Assembly: GCA_022340425.1 (NCBI GenBank)
Contig: JAJDNY010000135.1
Location: forward strand, 2,806-66,805
From: Desulfobacteraceae bacterium
GTDB lineage: Bacteria > Desulfobacterota > Desulfobacteria > Desulfobacterales > JAABRJ01
Length of the DNA: 64,000 nt
Reading direction: 5' to 3'
Notes under the pieces: generated by a model
The model's input: only the letters and a program-made list of their open reading frames with translations
What the model was told of the DNA's origin: nothing
Databases searched by the model: none
Program-made: the position numbers and the translations under genes
In this document: positions 10,045 to 20,073 of the stretch, one piece after another
Layout: each line of letters begins with the position of its first letter
How positions within the stretch are numbered: position 1 is the stretch's first letter

Positions 10045-10728
10045 TTACCAGGCCATACCCTTGCCGTTTATGCCGCCGCGTTTGATGCCGTAATCCATGC
10101 CGATCTGGGCGCGGGACATAAAGAACAGGACGATGTGGGCCAGTTTGGTAAACGGGGCCAGGATCAGCAGCAGTTCGCCGCAAAGAATGTGCAAAACTAG
10201 CACGAGGGAGTAGTCGCCGACGTGGTGGCGCGCCAGCAGGCCGGTGACGAAGGGCGCGGCCGAGAGGGCCAAAATGAGGTAATCCTGCCCCGAGGTGAGA
10301 ATGCGCACCTCGGGCAGCGCGATCCGCCGCAGGGTGAGCATCGCCAGCCCAACCAGCGCAGCCCAGGAGAGGATATCGGCCAGGGTGCCCGGAAGCGACG
10401 GCGGACTGACGCCGATCGCGGCCTGCAGGATCAGGGTGTGGCCCAGCAGGAAGAGCGGCACGAGCACGGCACCCAGGTGCAGCAGAAAAAAAGCCACGGT
10501 CATGAACGGCTGGGCGCGCCAGCCGTAGGTGCCGAAGGGCAGCAGCCAGGAGCCGACGGAGCGGACGGCGCCCTTCAGACCCGGGCCCGGGTACGTGCCA
10601 TAGGCGACCCGGTCCAATTGCCAGTTCAGCCCCCGTGCGTACCAGATCGCGCGGGCCGCCAGGCCGACGAAAAAAACGCAGAGGGACAGAATCAGCATGG
10701 GACCGGTGAGAAATTCGTACATGGACAA
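10045..10728 (-). CDS. hmcE: HmcE, NarI/DsrM-like integral membrane cytochrome b subunit
   Basis: 227-aa multi-TM protein between hmcD and hmcF. Size and position match HmcE. Confidence 0.8.
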   Translation of the reverse strand: MSMYEFLTGPMLILSLCVFFVGLAARAIWYARGLNWQLDRVAYGTYPGPGLKGAVRSVGSWLLPFGTYGWRAQPFMTVAFFLLHLGAVLVPLFLLGHTLILQAAIGVSPPSLPGTLADILSWAALVGLAMLTLRRIALPEVRILTSGQDYLILALSAAPFVTGLLARHHVGDYSLVLVLHILCGELLLILAPFTKLAHIVLFFMSRAQIGMDYGIKRGGINGKGMAW

Positions 10729-10799
10729 CCTCCAGCAAAATCTTGTCGGGACGGACGGGGTTCGTCCTCAACCCGGGATGACAGCGGACGGATTCCTGC

Positions 10800-10943
10800 T
10801 CAATAGGTCCGCTGGTCCTCGTCGCGTCCGGTCAAAAAGCGCCAGAAAAGCGGCAGCCCGATCAGCCCCGCGGCCATGAGCAGGTAGACGATGTTTTTGG
10901 TGTGGAGCATGAAATCCTGGAGCGTGTGATAGGCGTGCACCAT
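10800..10943 (-). CDS. hmcD: HmcD, small single-TM subunit (not in the supplied ORF track)
   Basis: Hand translation of the minus strand gives MVHAYHTLQDFMLHTKNIVYLLMAAGLIGLPLFWRFLTGRDEDQRTY (47 aa). ATG at 10943 is preceded by GGAAAGGAGG, and the stop is TGA at 10800-10802. It has one hydrophobic helix and sits exactly where the ~6-kDa HmcD lies in Desulfovibrio. Confidence 0.55.
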   Translation of the reverse strand: MVHAYHTLQDFMLHTKNIVYLLMAAGLIGLPLFWRFLTGRDEDQRTY

Positions 10944-11009
10944 GAGGCAACGGCGCCTCCTTTCCCGGCTTGGTGTTGATGGCGGGGTAAAATGCTTTTT
11001 ACCGCTTCG

Positions 11010-12182
11010 TCAGTGTTCGTGCCTGAAATCGGGATGTTCGTATAAGATCGGCATTCGGCTGGTGATCAGCCGGTAGGCCACGATGCCCAGGGTGACGATG
11101 AAGATGCTGGTGGCGATCTCCATCCAGCTGGGGAAATAGCGCTGGGCCGGCGGCAGGTGATAGTTGAAGGCCACCAGCGATACGTTCAGGCGGTTGACCA
11201 TGACACCGATCACCGTCCAGACGGCGGTCCAGCGGATCAGGCTGCGGTTGCGCTCCCGGACCCCCAAGGTGTAAGCAAAGGCCGGCAGTGCCACGAACCC
11301 CAGCAGTTCCACCAGAAACCAGGCCCCCCAGCCGGTGGCCAGGTGTGCCCAATTGTCATCCACCGCGACCCCGATGATCTTGATGAAAAAATAGCCGGCC
11401 ATGACAAAGGCCGCCGCCTTGCCGAACGCCAGGACGACACCGTCGCTCTCATCCAAATGGGCCTCATCCATTTGGCCATGCAGATAGCGGTGGGCCAGGG
11501 TGCCTTCGAAAATCACCATGGACATGCCGGCAAAGAGACTGGAAACAAAAAAATAGATCGGCAGATACCCCGAGTACCACAGCGGGTGGAGCTTGGAGGG
11601 GGCGATCAGAAAAAGGGCGCCCAGCGAGGACTGGTGCAGGGTGGAGAGCACCACCCCGAAAATGGTCAGCACCAGCGTCAGGCGCACGACGATGTTGCGT
11701 GCCCGGCGCCAGCCCAGCCACTCCAGGGCCGCCGGCGAGTACTCGATGAAAAGCACCGTCAGATACAAAAAGACGCACAGGCCCACTTCAAACAGCAGGC
11801 TGGTGGTCCCCTGGCTGACGAAGATCGGGTAGGGCAGCCGCCAGGGGCGTCCCACATCGTAGTGCAGGGCGAAGACCACCAGCGCATAGCCCAGAAAGGC
11901 CGTCAGGATCGCCGGGCGCACGGCCGAGTGAAATCGTTTGAGGCCGAAGATGTAGCAGGCCGCCGAGGTCACATAGCCGCCGGCGGCCAGGGCCACGCCG
12001 CAGAGCAGGTCAAAGCCGATCCACACGCCCCAGGGGTTGTTGTCGTCCAGGTTGGTCACGGCGCCCAGCCCCCCGATGAAGCGCATGGCCGTCAGGGCCA
12101 GGCCGACAAACAAAATGCAACCGGTCACCACGTTAAAGGGCGTAAGCAGCCTTTTGCCGGGGACGGGCGTCGGTTGAGCCAT
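11010..12182 (-). CDS. hmcC: HmcC, NrfD/PsrC-family integral membrane quinone-interacting subunit
   Basis: 390-aa polytopic membrane protein. Its start ATG overlaps the hmcB stop (TAATG). Confidence 0.85.
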   Translation of the reverse strand: MAQPTPVPGKRLLTPFNVVTGCILFVGLALTAMRFIGGLGAVTNLDDNNPWGVWIGFDLLCGVALAAGGYVTSAACYIFGLKRFHSAVRPAILTAFLGYALVVFALHYDVGRPWRLPYPIFVSQGTTSLLFEVGLCVFLYLTVLFIEYSPAALEWLGWRRARNIVVRLTLVLTIFGVVLSTLHQSSLGALFLIAPSKLHPLWYSGYLPIYFFVSSLFAGMSMVIFEGTLAHRYLHGQMDEAHLDESDGVVLAFGKAAAFVMAGYFFIKIIGVAVDDNWAHLATGWGAWFLVELLGFVALPAFAYTLGVRERNRSLIRWTAVWTVIGVMVNRLNVSLVAFNYHLPPAQRYFPSWMEIATSIFIVTLGIVAYRLITSRMPILYEHPDFRHEH

Positions 12183-13267
12183 TATTTTTCCTCCTTGGAC
12201 TCGGGTTCACCGTTGCCGGGCAGCGCCTCGGCCTGGGCCGCCCGCGCCGCTTCCTCCAGGGCGTTTTTGACGGCCAGCTTGACGGCGATTTCTTTTTCCT
12301 TGCCCAGCTGCTCCCTGAGACCGGCCAACTTTGCCTCGGCCGCCTGCCGGGCATTTTTTTCGGCCTCGGCCACCGCCTGGCGCCGCTCGCCGGCGGCGAT
12401 CTTGTCCTTGCGCTTGCCGATGGCCCAGATGCCGGTCAGCAGTACCGGCCACAACCCCACGACGATCGGGACCGCCCCCAAGGGCCCGGCGGTGAGCTGC
12501 CCGGCGGCCATTGTACCCAGGTCCTCCCGCATACCGATCTCCCTGAAGGGCGCAGCGGAGATGTACAGCCAACTGGTGCCCCCCATTTCATGCTCGCCGT
12601 AGATGTGGTGGACATAGCGGCCCGGGTGTTGGGCGATCCGATTGCGCGCCGTCTGTAGCAGCTGCCCGCGCTGGCCAAAGGTCAGCGCCTCCTTGGGGCA
12701 GGCGAGGACGCATCCGGGAAGCAAGCCTTTTTCGATGCGGGGCTGGCAAAGGGTGCACTTCTGAACCGAGGGCGAAAACGGATTGTCGTACTCGTAGGTC
12801 GGGATGTTGAACGGGCAGGCGATCATGCAGTAGCGGCAGCCGACGCAGACATCGACATTGTAGGATACGGCCCCGCTGGGTACCTTCTGAAACGCCTTGA
12901 CGAAGCAGGCCGAGGCGCAGGCCGGCTCGAGACAGTGGTTGCACTGGGTTTTGACAAACACCGGCCCCTGGGCGGCTTCGAACCGGTTGACCACGGTGTA
13001 GGTGCCGGCATCGGTGCGGCGCTGTTGTTGCAGCAGGCTGAGATCATCAAACGGGCGTTCAGGCTCGGGGAGTCCGTTGACCTGCTGGCAGGCGGCTTCA
13101 CAGCGGCGGCACCCGATACAGCGGGTCACATCGTGCAGCACCCCGAAGCTTTCCGCGAACCCGGGAAACTGCCGGTTACCGGCGGCCTGCGATCGTCCGG
13201 CGACCACAACCTGACTGCCGGCGGCGGCACCCACCCAGGTTAAAAATCGACGACGGGTGATCCCCAT
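12182..13267 (-). CDS. hmcB: HmcB, periplasmic 4x[4Fe-4S] ferredoxin-like subunit with Tat signal and C-terminal TM anchor
   Basis: [17 protein letters not shown] twin-arginine signal. Four Cys clusters ([41 protein letters not shown]...GCVLACP). I used the ATG at 13267 rather than the track start at 13330, which would overlap hmcA. Confidence 0.85.
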   Translation of the reverse strand: MGITRRRFLTWVGAAAGSQVVVAGRSQAAGNRQFPGFAESFGVLHDVTRCIGCRRCEAACQQVNGLPEPERPFDDLSLLQQQRRTDAGTYTVVNRFEAAQGPVFVKTQCNHCLEPACASACFVKAFQKVPSGAVSYNVDVCVGCRYCMIACPFNIPTYEYDNPFSPSVQKCTLCQPRIEKGLLPGCVLACPKEALTFGQRGQLLQTARNRIAQHPGRYVHHIYGEHEMGGTSWLYISAAPFREIGMREDLGTMAAGQLTAGPLGAVPIVVGLWPVLLTGIWAIGKRKDKIAAGERRQAVAEAEKNARQAAEAKLAGLREQLGKEKEIAVKLAVKNALEEAARAAQAEALPGNGEPESKEEK

Positions 13268-13290
13268 GGCTTCTCCTCGATGGGCCTGTT

Positions 13291-14949
13291 TCAGTTTTGG
13301 GACGCGGTCGAGCTTCGGGGCGGGTGGCACTCGGTGCAGGCCGTGGCCGCCGGTTTTTCAATCCCCATCCGTTCGTGGCACGTGATGCACTGCAGGTGAT
13401 AGGCCCCCAGCAGGGCGGGGCGGCCGTCAGACGGCGTTGCGGTCATCGTTCCATGACAGCTGGCGCATGCCGGGGGTTTGGGAAGCGCGGCCGCATTGTG
13501 ATGGCATCCCTGGCACAATGTTTCCGATGTTGGGTGAAAAGTCTTGGCCAGCGTATTTTCGGCGATGCGATCCGCCAGAGCCCGGACGATTTTGCGGTGG
13601 GGCAGGCGCACCGGCTCGTAGGCGTCGCTGAGGGTTCCGATGGTGACGATTTCCGGGATATCGGTTTCCGGCGGCAAGGGCGCGCCACCCCCGCGGCGCT
13701 TGACGAAAGCGGCGGCCATGGCGGCGCGGGCGTCGGGGTCTGTCAGGACGGCCACCGTCTGTTCATCCGCCGCTACCCCGTGGCAGGCTTGACAGCCGGT
13801 GGCGGCAAAATCCGGGGCCGGAGTCATGCTGTGGCATCCGGCGCAGGCGGCGTCTGTCTGGGCTTGCTGGTGGCAGCCGATACAGCTTGGATCGCGGTCC
13901 GCGACGTGCATCGCCTGCCCCAGGCCGACAAAAGCGCCCTCCCGGGAACCGTCGGGGGTGTGGCAGTCGCTGCATTTTTGCAGGGATGCGTGGTGGCATG
14001 TGCGGCAGCTTTCGACATTGGCCTCGTGGCTTTTGTGGTTGAAAGCGACCGCCGATACAGGGGCCCGGTCTTCGGGGGAAGCGGCCAGTTGGTTGGTCAA
14101 GCGTGTGGCCAGCAGAACGGCGTCCGGCTGGTTGCGTTTGAACCGGGGCAGGGGCTGGACGGTCGCGATTTGCGCCTGCATGCTTTGGTCGTGGCAGCCG
14201 GCGCAGGTAATCGGACCGAATTTGGCATTGGCCTCTTTGGCGGCCTGGGTTTGGTTGATCAGATGACAGCTCACGCAGCCGTCGTGGGCCGCTTGCCGCA
14301 TGGCGCGCGCCGGATCGTCCGGTGTTGCGGCCGCCACGGGTGCGTGACAATATTGGCAGGCACCCTCGGTGCCTTTTTCATAGTACAGGGTCTGGGTGTC
14401 GGCATTGTAACGGTGATGGCAGGCGCTGCAGTTGGCGCTGTCCGCTTCGGCGGTCGGGCCGATGCGTGGGCTGGTTTCATGCCGGGCATGAAGGGAGTGG
14501 TCGAATCTCATGGCCGTCCAGGCCGAACGGTCCGGGGCGTTAGGTGTGTGGCACAGGCGGCACTCACCGGCCCTTGGGCCTGCAGGCTCCCCTTGCATGG
14601 CCGTTTTGGCGTGACAGCCGATGCAGTTGTCGTGAAATTCGGCCATGTCCGCGTGGTAGTCTTCGCCGGCTGCCTGCTTGAACGCAAAACGGATCCGTCC
14701 CTCGTCCTTCGTGTGGCAGGTCGTGCAGTCCTGTCCGGTCAGCGCATCGGTGTGGCGGTCATGGGCGAACCAAACCGGCGGCATCTCATCGGGTGTGGAT
14801 GCTGTGGAGATCGAGAGCGTCAGCCAATCCGGTCGACCACTGCCCGAAACCATCTGGTCACTGCCGGCGGCGAAATAAACGAACGCCAGAACCATTGAAC
14901 CACAAAGGCCTCCCCACATCCACGATCGGCTGCTGGCCCGCTTGCGCAT
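13291..14949 (-). CDS. hmcA: HmcA, high-molecular-weight 16-haem cytochrome c
   Basis: 552 aa with a signal peptide. I counted 16 CxxCH motifs (CTTCH, CIGCH, CRLCH, CSACH, CQYCH, CVSCH, CAGCH, CRTCH, CSDCH, CIGCH, CAGCH, CQACH, CQGCH, CASCH, CITCH, CTECH). Confidence 0.9.
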   Translation of the reverse strand: MRKRASSRSWMWGGLCGSMVLAFVYFAAGSDQMVSGSGRPDWLTLSISTASTPDEMPPVWFAHDRHTDALTGQDCTTCHTKDEGRIRFAFKQAAGEDYHADMAEFHDNCIGCHAKTAMQGEPAGPRAGECRLCHTPNAPDRSAWTAMRFDHSLHARHETSPRIGPTAEADSANCSACHHRYNADTQTLYYEKGTEGACQYCHAPVAAATPDDPARAMRQAAHDGCVSCHLINQTQAAKEANAKFGPITCAGCHDQSMQAQIATVQPLPRFKRNQPDAVLLATRLTNQLAASPEDRAPVSAVAFNHKSHEANVESCRTCHHASLQKCSDCHTPDGSREGAFVGLGQAMHVADRDPSCIGCHQQAQTDAACAGCHSMTPAPDFAATGCQACHGVAADEQTVAVLTDPDARAAMAAAFVKRRGGGAPLPPETDIPEIVTIGTLSDAYEPVRLPHRKIVRALADRIAENTLAKTFHPTSETLCQGCHHNAAALPKPPACASCHGTMTATPSDGRPALLGAYHLQCITCHERMGIEKPAATACTECHPPRSSTASQN

Positions 14950-15050
14950 GATCTGAACCCTTCAGGTGTGTCCATCAAAATGGCGACGGTGTTTGGTCTG
15001 CACCCGGCAAGGACGAAAATTCAAGCCCTAATCTATACCCTCCCTTTAAG

Positions 15051-15088
15051 GTAGGATATTTCCCTACTATTTTTGGATGTTTTGTCAA
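15051..15088 (-). promoter_or_regulatory. Candidate hmc promoter -35 (TTGACA) with adjacent inverted repeat GTAGG-N7-CCTAC
   Basis: On the minus strand, TTGACA (15083-15088) is followed about 16 nt later by GTAGGGAAATATCCTAC (15051-15067), roughly 100 nt upstream of the hmcA ATG. No convincing -10 hexamer. Confidence 0.25.
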
Positions 15089-15411
15089 GAAAAAAATTCA
15101 CCCTTTTGGAATTTCCGCATTCATCGGCCCTCCAGGGGGCGGAAGGCTCGGGTTTGGGTGGGGCCGAATATTAACGTCGGCCGGGGAAATGATTCGGAGA
15201 GTGCATGGCGCCCCATCTTGGATCGGGAAACGCCTGAGGGCAAAGAAGCGGTGCCGTTGACGAGGCCCGGGTGCCCGGATGGGTATACCAGGCGGTCTGT
15301 TTCAGATGGCGGGCTGGGTTGCGGCCGGCCGGGGCGTACGGGTCGTTTTCCGATTCGGCCGTTGCTGCGACGATGCCGTTCACCTTCGGTGTCGCGCGTC
15401 GCTGACGGCTA

Positions 15412-17382
15412 TCAAAGCGCCTCCTTTTCCTCGGTTGTTTGTTTCTTCATGTTCTCCTCCGTCCCCTCGGAAGGCTCCGGTGTGGTGGACAAGGGTTCGG
15501 CGGCTTCGCCCCAGTCCTCGGGCGGAGACCCCGCCTCCACCGATCCCCGCGGGGGGTAGTCGAGGGTTCCGTGCAACCGGTCGATGCGTTCCCGTGAGAG
15601 GCGCGGGAACGGCAGTTTGCCGGATCGCCGCCAGGACTGCACGGCTTTGACCGCCGCCTGGCTGCTTTTCTCGTCCAGCCCCTGGTCGCGGCTGAAATAC
15701 ATCGTTTGCGACGGGAAGGCGAATCCGGTGCCGGCCTCGCGGACGATGTCGTTGATTCGCAGCAGAACGTCCTCACGGATGGCGAAGAACTCATTCCAGT
15801 CCCGGGTCAGCGCATAGATCCGGATCTGGATGTCGAGTGAGGAGGCACCGTATTCGAAGAAACGCACCCGGATCGTCTCGCTGTCGATCCGCGGGTGGGC
15901 GTGCAGCATTTCGCGGATCTTGACCAGCACGTAGCGCATTTGATCCGGCTCGGTTTCGTAGCGCAGGCCGATGATCGTCATGATCAGCATGCGGTCGCAC
16001 TTGGCGTAGTTGATCAACTGCATGTCGGCCAAAGCCGCGTTTGGGATGGAAATCAGCGTGCGGTCCAGCGCGCGCAGCTTGGTCGAGCGCACACCGATGC
16101 TCTCGATGGTGCCGGTCTTGTCGCCGAAGCTGCAGAAATCCCCGACCCGCACAGGCTGGTCGACGTAGAGAATGATGCCGCCGATCAGGTTTTCCAGGGT
16201 CGGGCGGATGGCGAGTGCGACGGCCAGGCCGCCGATTCCCAGACCGGCGATGACACTGTAAAGCGGCACCCCCAAATAATGCGCCGCGCGGGCGAGAATG
16301 ACCACCACCGCGGCAATGCCGAGCAACTTGCCGGCCAGCCGCCAGAGGTGGGCATCGAAACTGTCCTCCGGGATATTGCGCGAGCGCACGATCCCCGCGA
16401 ACAGGGCACGCAGGAGCAGCCAGGCCAGCCATGCGGCGGCAAGGTACATGATGATCGTTGTCGTGGTCTCGACGATGATCGCAAAGCCTCCGGCGACGTT
16501 GATCTGCAGGGTGATAAAGTTCGAAAACCAGGAGAAGAACAAGAGAGTCGCAATCGGTGTCAAGGCGCGTCGCAGCGCTGTGGAAAACTGGCCTTTGGCT
16601 TTCTTGCGGTTGACCATGCGATGGAAAACGGTCAGCAGGACCGCAGCCAGGGTGGTCATCAGGGCGACGGCGATCACCTTCCAGATCGGCGTTTTCTGCC
16701 AGATCTCCTGCAACGGGGCTGGTATGTTGGCCGGTATCCATTTCGGGATCATCGGGCCGGTGACTTGCGGCATCGCCTGGGTCCAACTCGCAATCTCCAG
16801 CGATGACCGCAAGGGAAGATGGGCAATGCGTTTGTAGAACCGGGGCGCCACCGTGATGGTACGGGCGGCGAACAGAAACTCGCCTTCACGTTCACCGCCT
16901 TGGATCTTGGTGATGGTAATCGGCGTGCGGGGGATGCGCCAGTATTCACCCACCTGGCCGGCCTCCACGGTGGCCTGGTCCGGGATGGCCTCCAGGTCAA
17001 GGGGGTCGATGCGCCCGAAAATATCCAGCAGATAGCCCAGGGTATCCATTCCGACATCGTAGCGGGCGCTGGGCGCCACCGCCGACAGATCGATCAGCGT
17101 GTGAAAATAAGGAACGAGGCTCTCCAGTGCAGCGAAATTGGCGCGCGATTTGTCAACGAGATAGGCATTGAAGCGTTCCTCGAGGCTGCGCGTGAGCGCC
17201 TGAAAAGTCTCGATGGTCTGGCGCGGGCTGTCGGTTTGAATCAGCACGATACCGCCGGGGGGACCGGCCGCCTCCTGTTCGACGGTTGGTTGCGCGGCCG
17301 CCGGCGCCTGCCCGCAGATCAATGCAGCGGCAATCAGGCACGGCAGCAAGGCAGCAAAAAATGTCTTGTTGTGGGTATTCAT
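15412..17382 (-). CDS. Mechanosensitive ion channel (MscS family), large form with signal peptide and periplasmic N-domain
   Basis: MscS core motif ...GGIILYVDQPVRVGDFCSFGDKTGTIESIGVRSTKLRALDRTLISIPNA. Multiple TM helices. Start taken at MNTHNKTFFAALLPCLIAAAL (ATG at 17382). Confidence 0.85.
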   Translation of the reverse strand: MNTHNKTFFAALLPCLIAAALICGQAPAAAQPTVEQEAAGPPGGIVLIQTDSPRQTIETFQALTRSLEERFNAYLVDKSRANFAALESLVPYFHTLIDLSAVAPSARYDVGMDTLGYLLDIFGRIDPLDLEAIPDQATVEAGQVGEYWRIPRTPITITKIQGGEREGEFLFAARTITVAPRFYKRIAHLPLRSSLEIASWTQAMPQVTGPMIPKWIPANIPAPLQEIWQKTPIWKVIAVALMTTLAAVLLTVFHRMVNRKKAKGQFSTALRRALTPIATLLFFSWFSNFITLQINVAGGFAIIVETTTTIIMYLAAAWLAWLLLRALFAGIVRSRNIPEDSFDAHLWRLAGKLLGIAAVVVILARAAHYLGVPLYSVIAGLGIGGLAVALAIRPTLENLIGGIILYVDQPVRVGDFCSFGDKTGTIESIGVRSTKLRALDRTLISIPNAALADMQLINYAKCDRMLIMTIIGLRYETEPDQMRYVLVKIREMLHAHPRIDSETIRVRFFEYGASSLDIQIRIYALTRDWNEFFAIREDVLLRINDIVREAGTGFAFPSQTMYFSRDQGLDEKSSQAAVKAVQSWRRSGKLPFPRLSRERIDRLHGTLDYPPRGSVEAGSPPEDWGEAAEPLSTTPEPSEGTEENMKKQTTEEKEAL

Positions 17383-17827
17383 TTGGATTTCTACGTTTTT
17401 CTCCTGGGCTGCCAGCGCCCTTAACACTTCAGGCCGTGACCTCCTCTTTGAGTTGGTTGATATGGACGCACTTTTTTAGCGGGCGAGTATAAAAATTTAC
17501 AATCAAAGTGTCAATGATCCCAAGAATGTAGGACATGGCACGGCAAACAAGTTCACTTTTCGCCGGAACCGGTCAAATGGTCAGATGTCGCTTTATCACC
17601 CGGTAAATAGCGGAATCGAAAACAGAGTCTTTGGTGGAAAACGTTTTAGCCTGCGGTGCGATGCTTCGGCGGAAAGGAACCTTTATGGGCATTCCGGGTT
17701 CAAGCCCGAAGTTAACAATTCCGATTGATTTATCAGAACTTTAATCCGGTGTTCGGTTCAAACTTTTTGGGCACGTTCTTAGGTGTGACCGCATGTAACC
17801 TTACCCTCTTTCTGATATACGCAACTC

Positions 17828-19000
17828 ATGAAAACCATCCCATTTTCCGTTCTTTTTTATTGTTTGATCTGCATTTTCCCCTCCTTGTCCACAGCCGGAG
17901 ATATGGATTTTTTTGTGGACACCACCGATTCGATTCCATACGCATGGGAAACGGTTGATCCTGAAATCGTTCTTCGCCAGCGGCCGGTTTTCATTCAATT
18001 TGAAAGAATTTCTCCTGATCATTGCCACGAACTGCACCTCAATTTTTTTGAGGATGTTCACATGACCGTTGTTCTGGATCAGCTAAAGACCATTTCTGCG
18101 GAGGAGTCGGTCTGGATCGGATCCGTTTCATCCGGCAGCATGGGGGGGACGGCAACTTTTGTATTTAAGCCGAATCAATTAACGGGCACCGTGCGTTTTG
18201 ATTCACTGGCATACCAGGTGCGCCACATCGAGGGCGCTCTTCACCTCGTCAGGGAAATCCGAGCACCCCAGGCTGGCGTGACCGCAAAGGCGCTATCGAG
18301 TGAGTCGACCAGCATGGAAACCGAGGTCTTCGCACTGGTCAATTTAGAGCGTCAGATCCAAGCCCTGCATCCCCTGCAAATGGACAGCCGATTGCATGAG
18401 GCCGCATTGAGGCACTCCCAGGACATGGCGGAGCAAAACTACTTCGATCATACCAGCCTGGACCTCCGGACACCCGGCACACGGATATCCCAAGCCGGAT
18501 ATGCCTGGAGCACCTACGGCGAAAATATCGCGGCCGGCTATTCGACGCCGGCGGCAGTCGTGGAAGGCTGGATGAACAGTTCGGGACACCGTGCCAACAT
18601 CCTGAGTAGCGGGTTTTGCGACATCGGTGTCGGGTATGCGTATTCGGCCGGAAGTACATACGGCGCATATTGGACCCAGGATTTTGGACGGCAACAGGGG
18701 GTGTCTGCCTGCAGTTCGATTCAGGAGCACACCATCTCCGTATCAGAGGGTCTGCACGGCAGTATTTCTCCGTCAGGAATTGTGACGGTCGCCCCGGGGG
18801 GAAGCGCAACCTTCAACATCAACGCCGATCCCGGATATCAAATTTCGGATGTGTTGGTTGACGGACAATCACTGGGGAGTCGCGGCATTTACAGTTTTGT
18901 TAATGTTTGGGAAAATCATACAATTGAAGCATTGTTTGAAAGGACCGGCAACGATCGCATAACTTTCCCCTGGATTCCGCTACTTCTGCCCGCAGAGTGA
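17828..19000 (+). CDS. Secreted CAP/SCP (YkwD-like) domain protein with a C-terminal bacterial repeat (InlB B-repeat-like) domain
   Basis: Signal peptide. CAP core HSQDMAEQNYFDHTS...GENIAAGY...VEGWMNSSGHRANIL...IGVGY...YWTQDFG. C-terminal segment HTISVSEGLHGSISPSG...GYQISDVLVDG. Lies in a visibly AT-richer stretch. Confidence 0.8.
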   Translation: MKTIPFSVLFYCLICIFPSLSTAGDMDFFVDTTDSIPYAWETVDPEIVLRQRPVFIQFERISPDHCHELHLNFFEDVHMTVVLDQLKTISAEESVWIGSVSSGSMGGTATFVFKPNQLTGTVRFDSLAYQVRHIEGALHLVREIRAPQAGVTAKALSSESTSMETEVFALVNLERQIQALHPLQMDSRLHEAALRHSQDMAEQNYFDHTSLDLRTPGTRISQAGYAWSTYGENIAAGYSTPAAVVEGWMNSSGHRANILSSGFCDIGVGYAYSAGSTYGAYWTQDFGRQQGVSACSSIQEHTISVSEGLHGSISPSGIVTVAPGGSATFNINADPGYQISDVLVDGQSLGSRGIYSFVNVWENHTIEALFERTGNDRITFPWIPLLLPAE

Positions 19001-19062
19001 CGCTTGCCATTTGGGAAAAAACCTTGTCGTTCATAAATACGAAGCATCAGCTATTGCCCATT

Positions 19063-20073
19063 TTAACGATCACCTTGCCGCAGCCAGGCGGCCAGCCGCT
19101 CCAGGCCCTCTGCGGTGGAGACCCGCGGCGCGTAGCCCAGGTCGCGGCGCGCGGCGCTGATGTCAAACCAGTGGGCGGTGGCCAGCTCGCGGGCCACAAA
19201 GCGGGTCATGGGCGGCTCCTGCGGGATTCGTAAAAGCCGGTAGACGCCCTCCAGCAGGGCGCCGCTCAGCCAGGCCAGCCCGGCCGGAACCCTGCGGTGG
19301 ACCGGCGGTTTGCCGCCCGCGGCCAGAATGGCGTCGATCATCTCCCAGAGGGGAATGGGTGCGCCCTGGCTGATGAAGTAGACCCTGCCCGAGAGCCCTG
19401 GTTCGGCGGTCAGGCGGTCGGCGGCCAGCAGGTGCGCCTCGGCGGCGTTGTCGATATAGATCGTGTCCACGCGGTTTCGCCCCCCGCCGACCCGTCTGAG
19501 GCGCCCGGCGCGGGCGAGGATGCGGGAGACCAGATGGGGGTCGCCCGGTCCCCAGATCAGGTGCGGGCGCAGGATGATGGCGGCGAGGCCCTGGCGCGCG
19601 GCCCGGATCACCAGCCTTTCGGCCAGGGCCTTGGTGCGCGGGTAGGCGGCGTGATAGCGCCCGGGGTAGGGCACCGATTCGTCCACCCCCTCCATGTCGC
19701 CCCCGTGAAACACGACGCTGGGGGAGCTGGTATGGATCAGAGCGCCCACCTCCTGCCGCCGGCAGGCGGCAATCACGTTGGCCGTGCCGATGACGTTGGT
19801 GCGGTGGTAGTCCGCGTAGGGGCCCCAGACACCCGCGCGGGCGGCGGTGTGAAAGACCACCTCTCGGCCGCGGCAGGCGGCGTCCACCGCCGCCGGGTCG
19901 GCCAGGTCGCCCAGCAGCTGGTCCACCCCCAGGGCCACCAGCTCCGGCTTGGGGTGGCGTGCAAAGCTGGCCACCCGGTCGCCGCGGGCCAGCAATCGGC
20001 GAACGATGGCGCTTCCCAGAAACCCGCCGCCGCCGGTCACCAGGATCCGTCTGCCCGATCGATCAGGGGGCAT
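19063..20073 (-). CDS. oleD: OleD, NAD(P)H-dependent 2-alkyl-3-ketoalkanoate reductase (3beta-HSD/epimerase family)
   Basis: ILVTGGGGFLGSAIV Rossmann motif and 336 aa. Last gene of the ole operon; overlaps oleC by 11 nt. Confidence 0.8.
   Translation of the reverse strand: MPPDRSGRRILVTGGGGFLGSAIVRRLLARGDRVASFARHPKPELVALGVDQLLGDLADPAAVDAACRGREVVFHTAARAGVWGPYADYHRTNVIGTANVIAACRRQEVGALIHTSSPSVVFHGGDMEGVDESVPYPGRYHAAYPRTKALAERLVIRAARQGLAAIILRPHLIWGPGDPHLVSRILARAGRLRRVGGGRNRVDTIYIDNAAEAHLLAADRLTAEPGLSGRVYFISQGAPIPLWEMIDAILAAGGKPPVHRRVPAGLAWLSGALLEGVYRLLRIPQEPPMTRFVARELATAHWFDISAARRDLGYAPRVSTAEGLERLAAWLRQGDR

Noticed and set aside
10768-10950. 60-aa track ORF in the hmcE-hmcC gap.
   Set aside because: It has no hydrophobic segment and is Arg/Pro/Ala-rich. 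The alternative frame (10800-10943) gives a TM protein with a strong RBS that fits HmcD.
15077-15559. 160-aa plus-strand ORF (and 15171-15383 on the minus strand) in the hmcA upstream region.
   Set aside because: It runs into the 3' end of the MscS gene on the opposite strand, and shows no motifs and no RBS. It is more likely promoter or UTR sequence.
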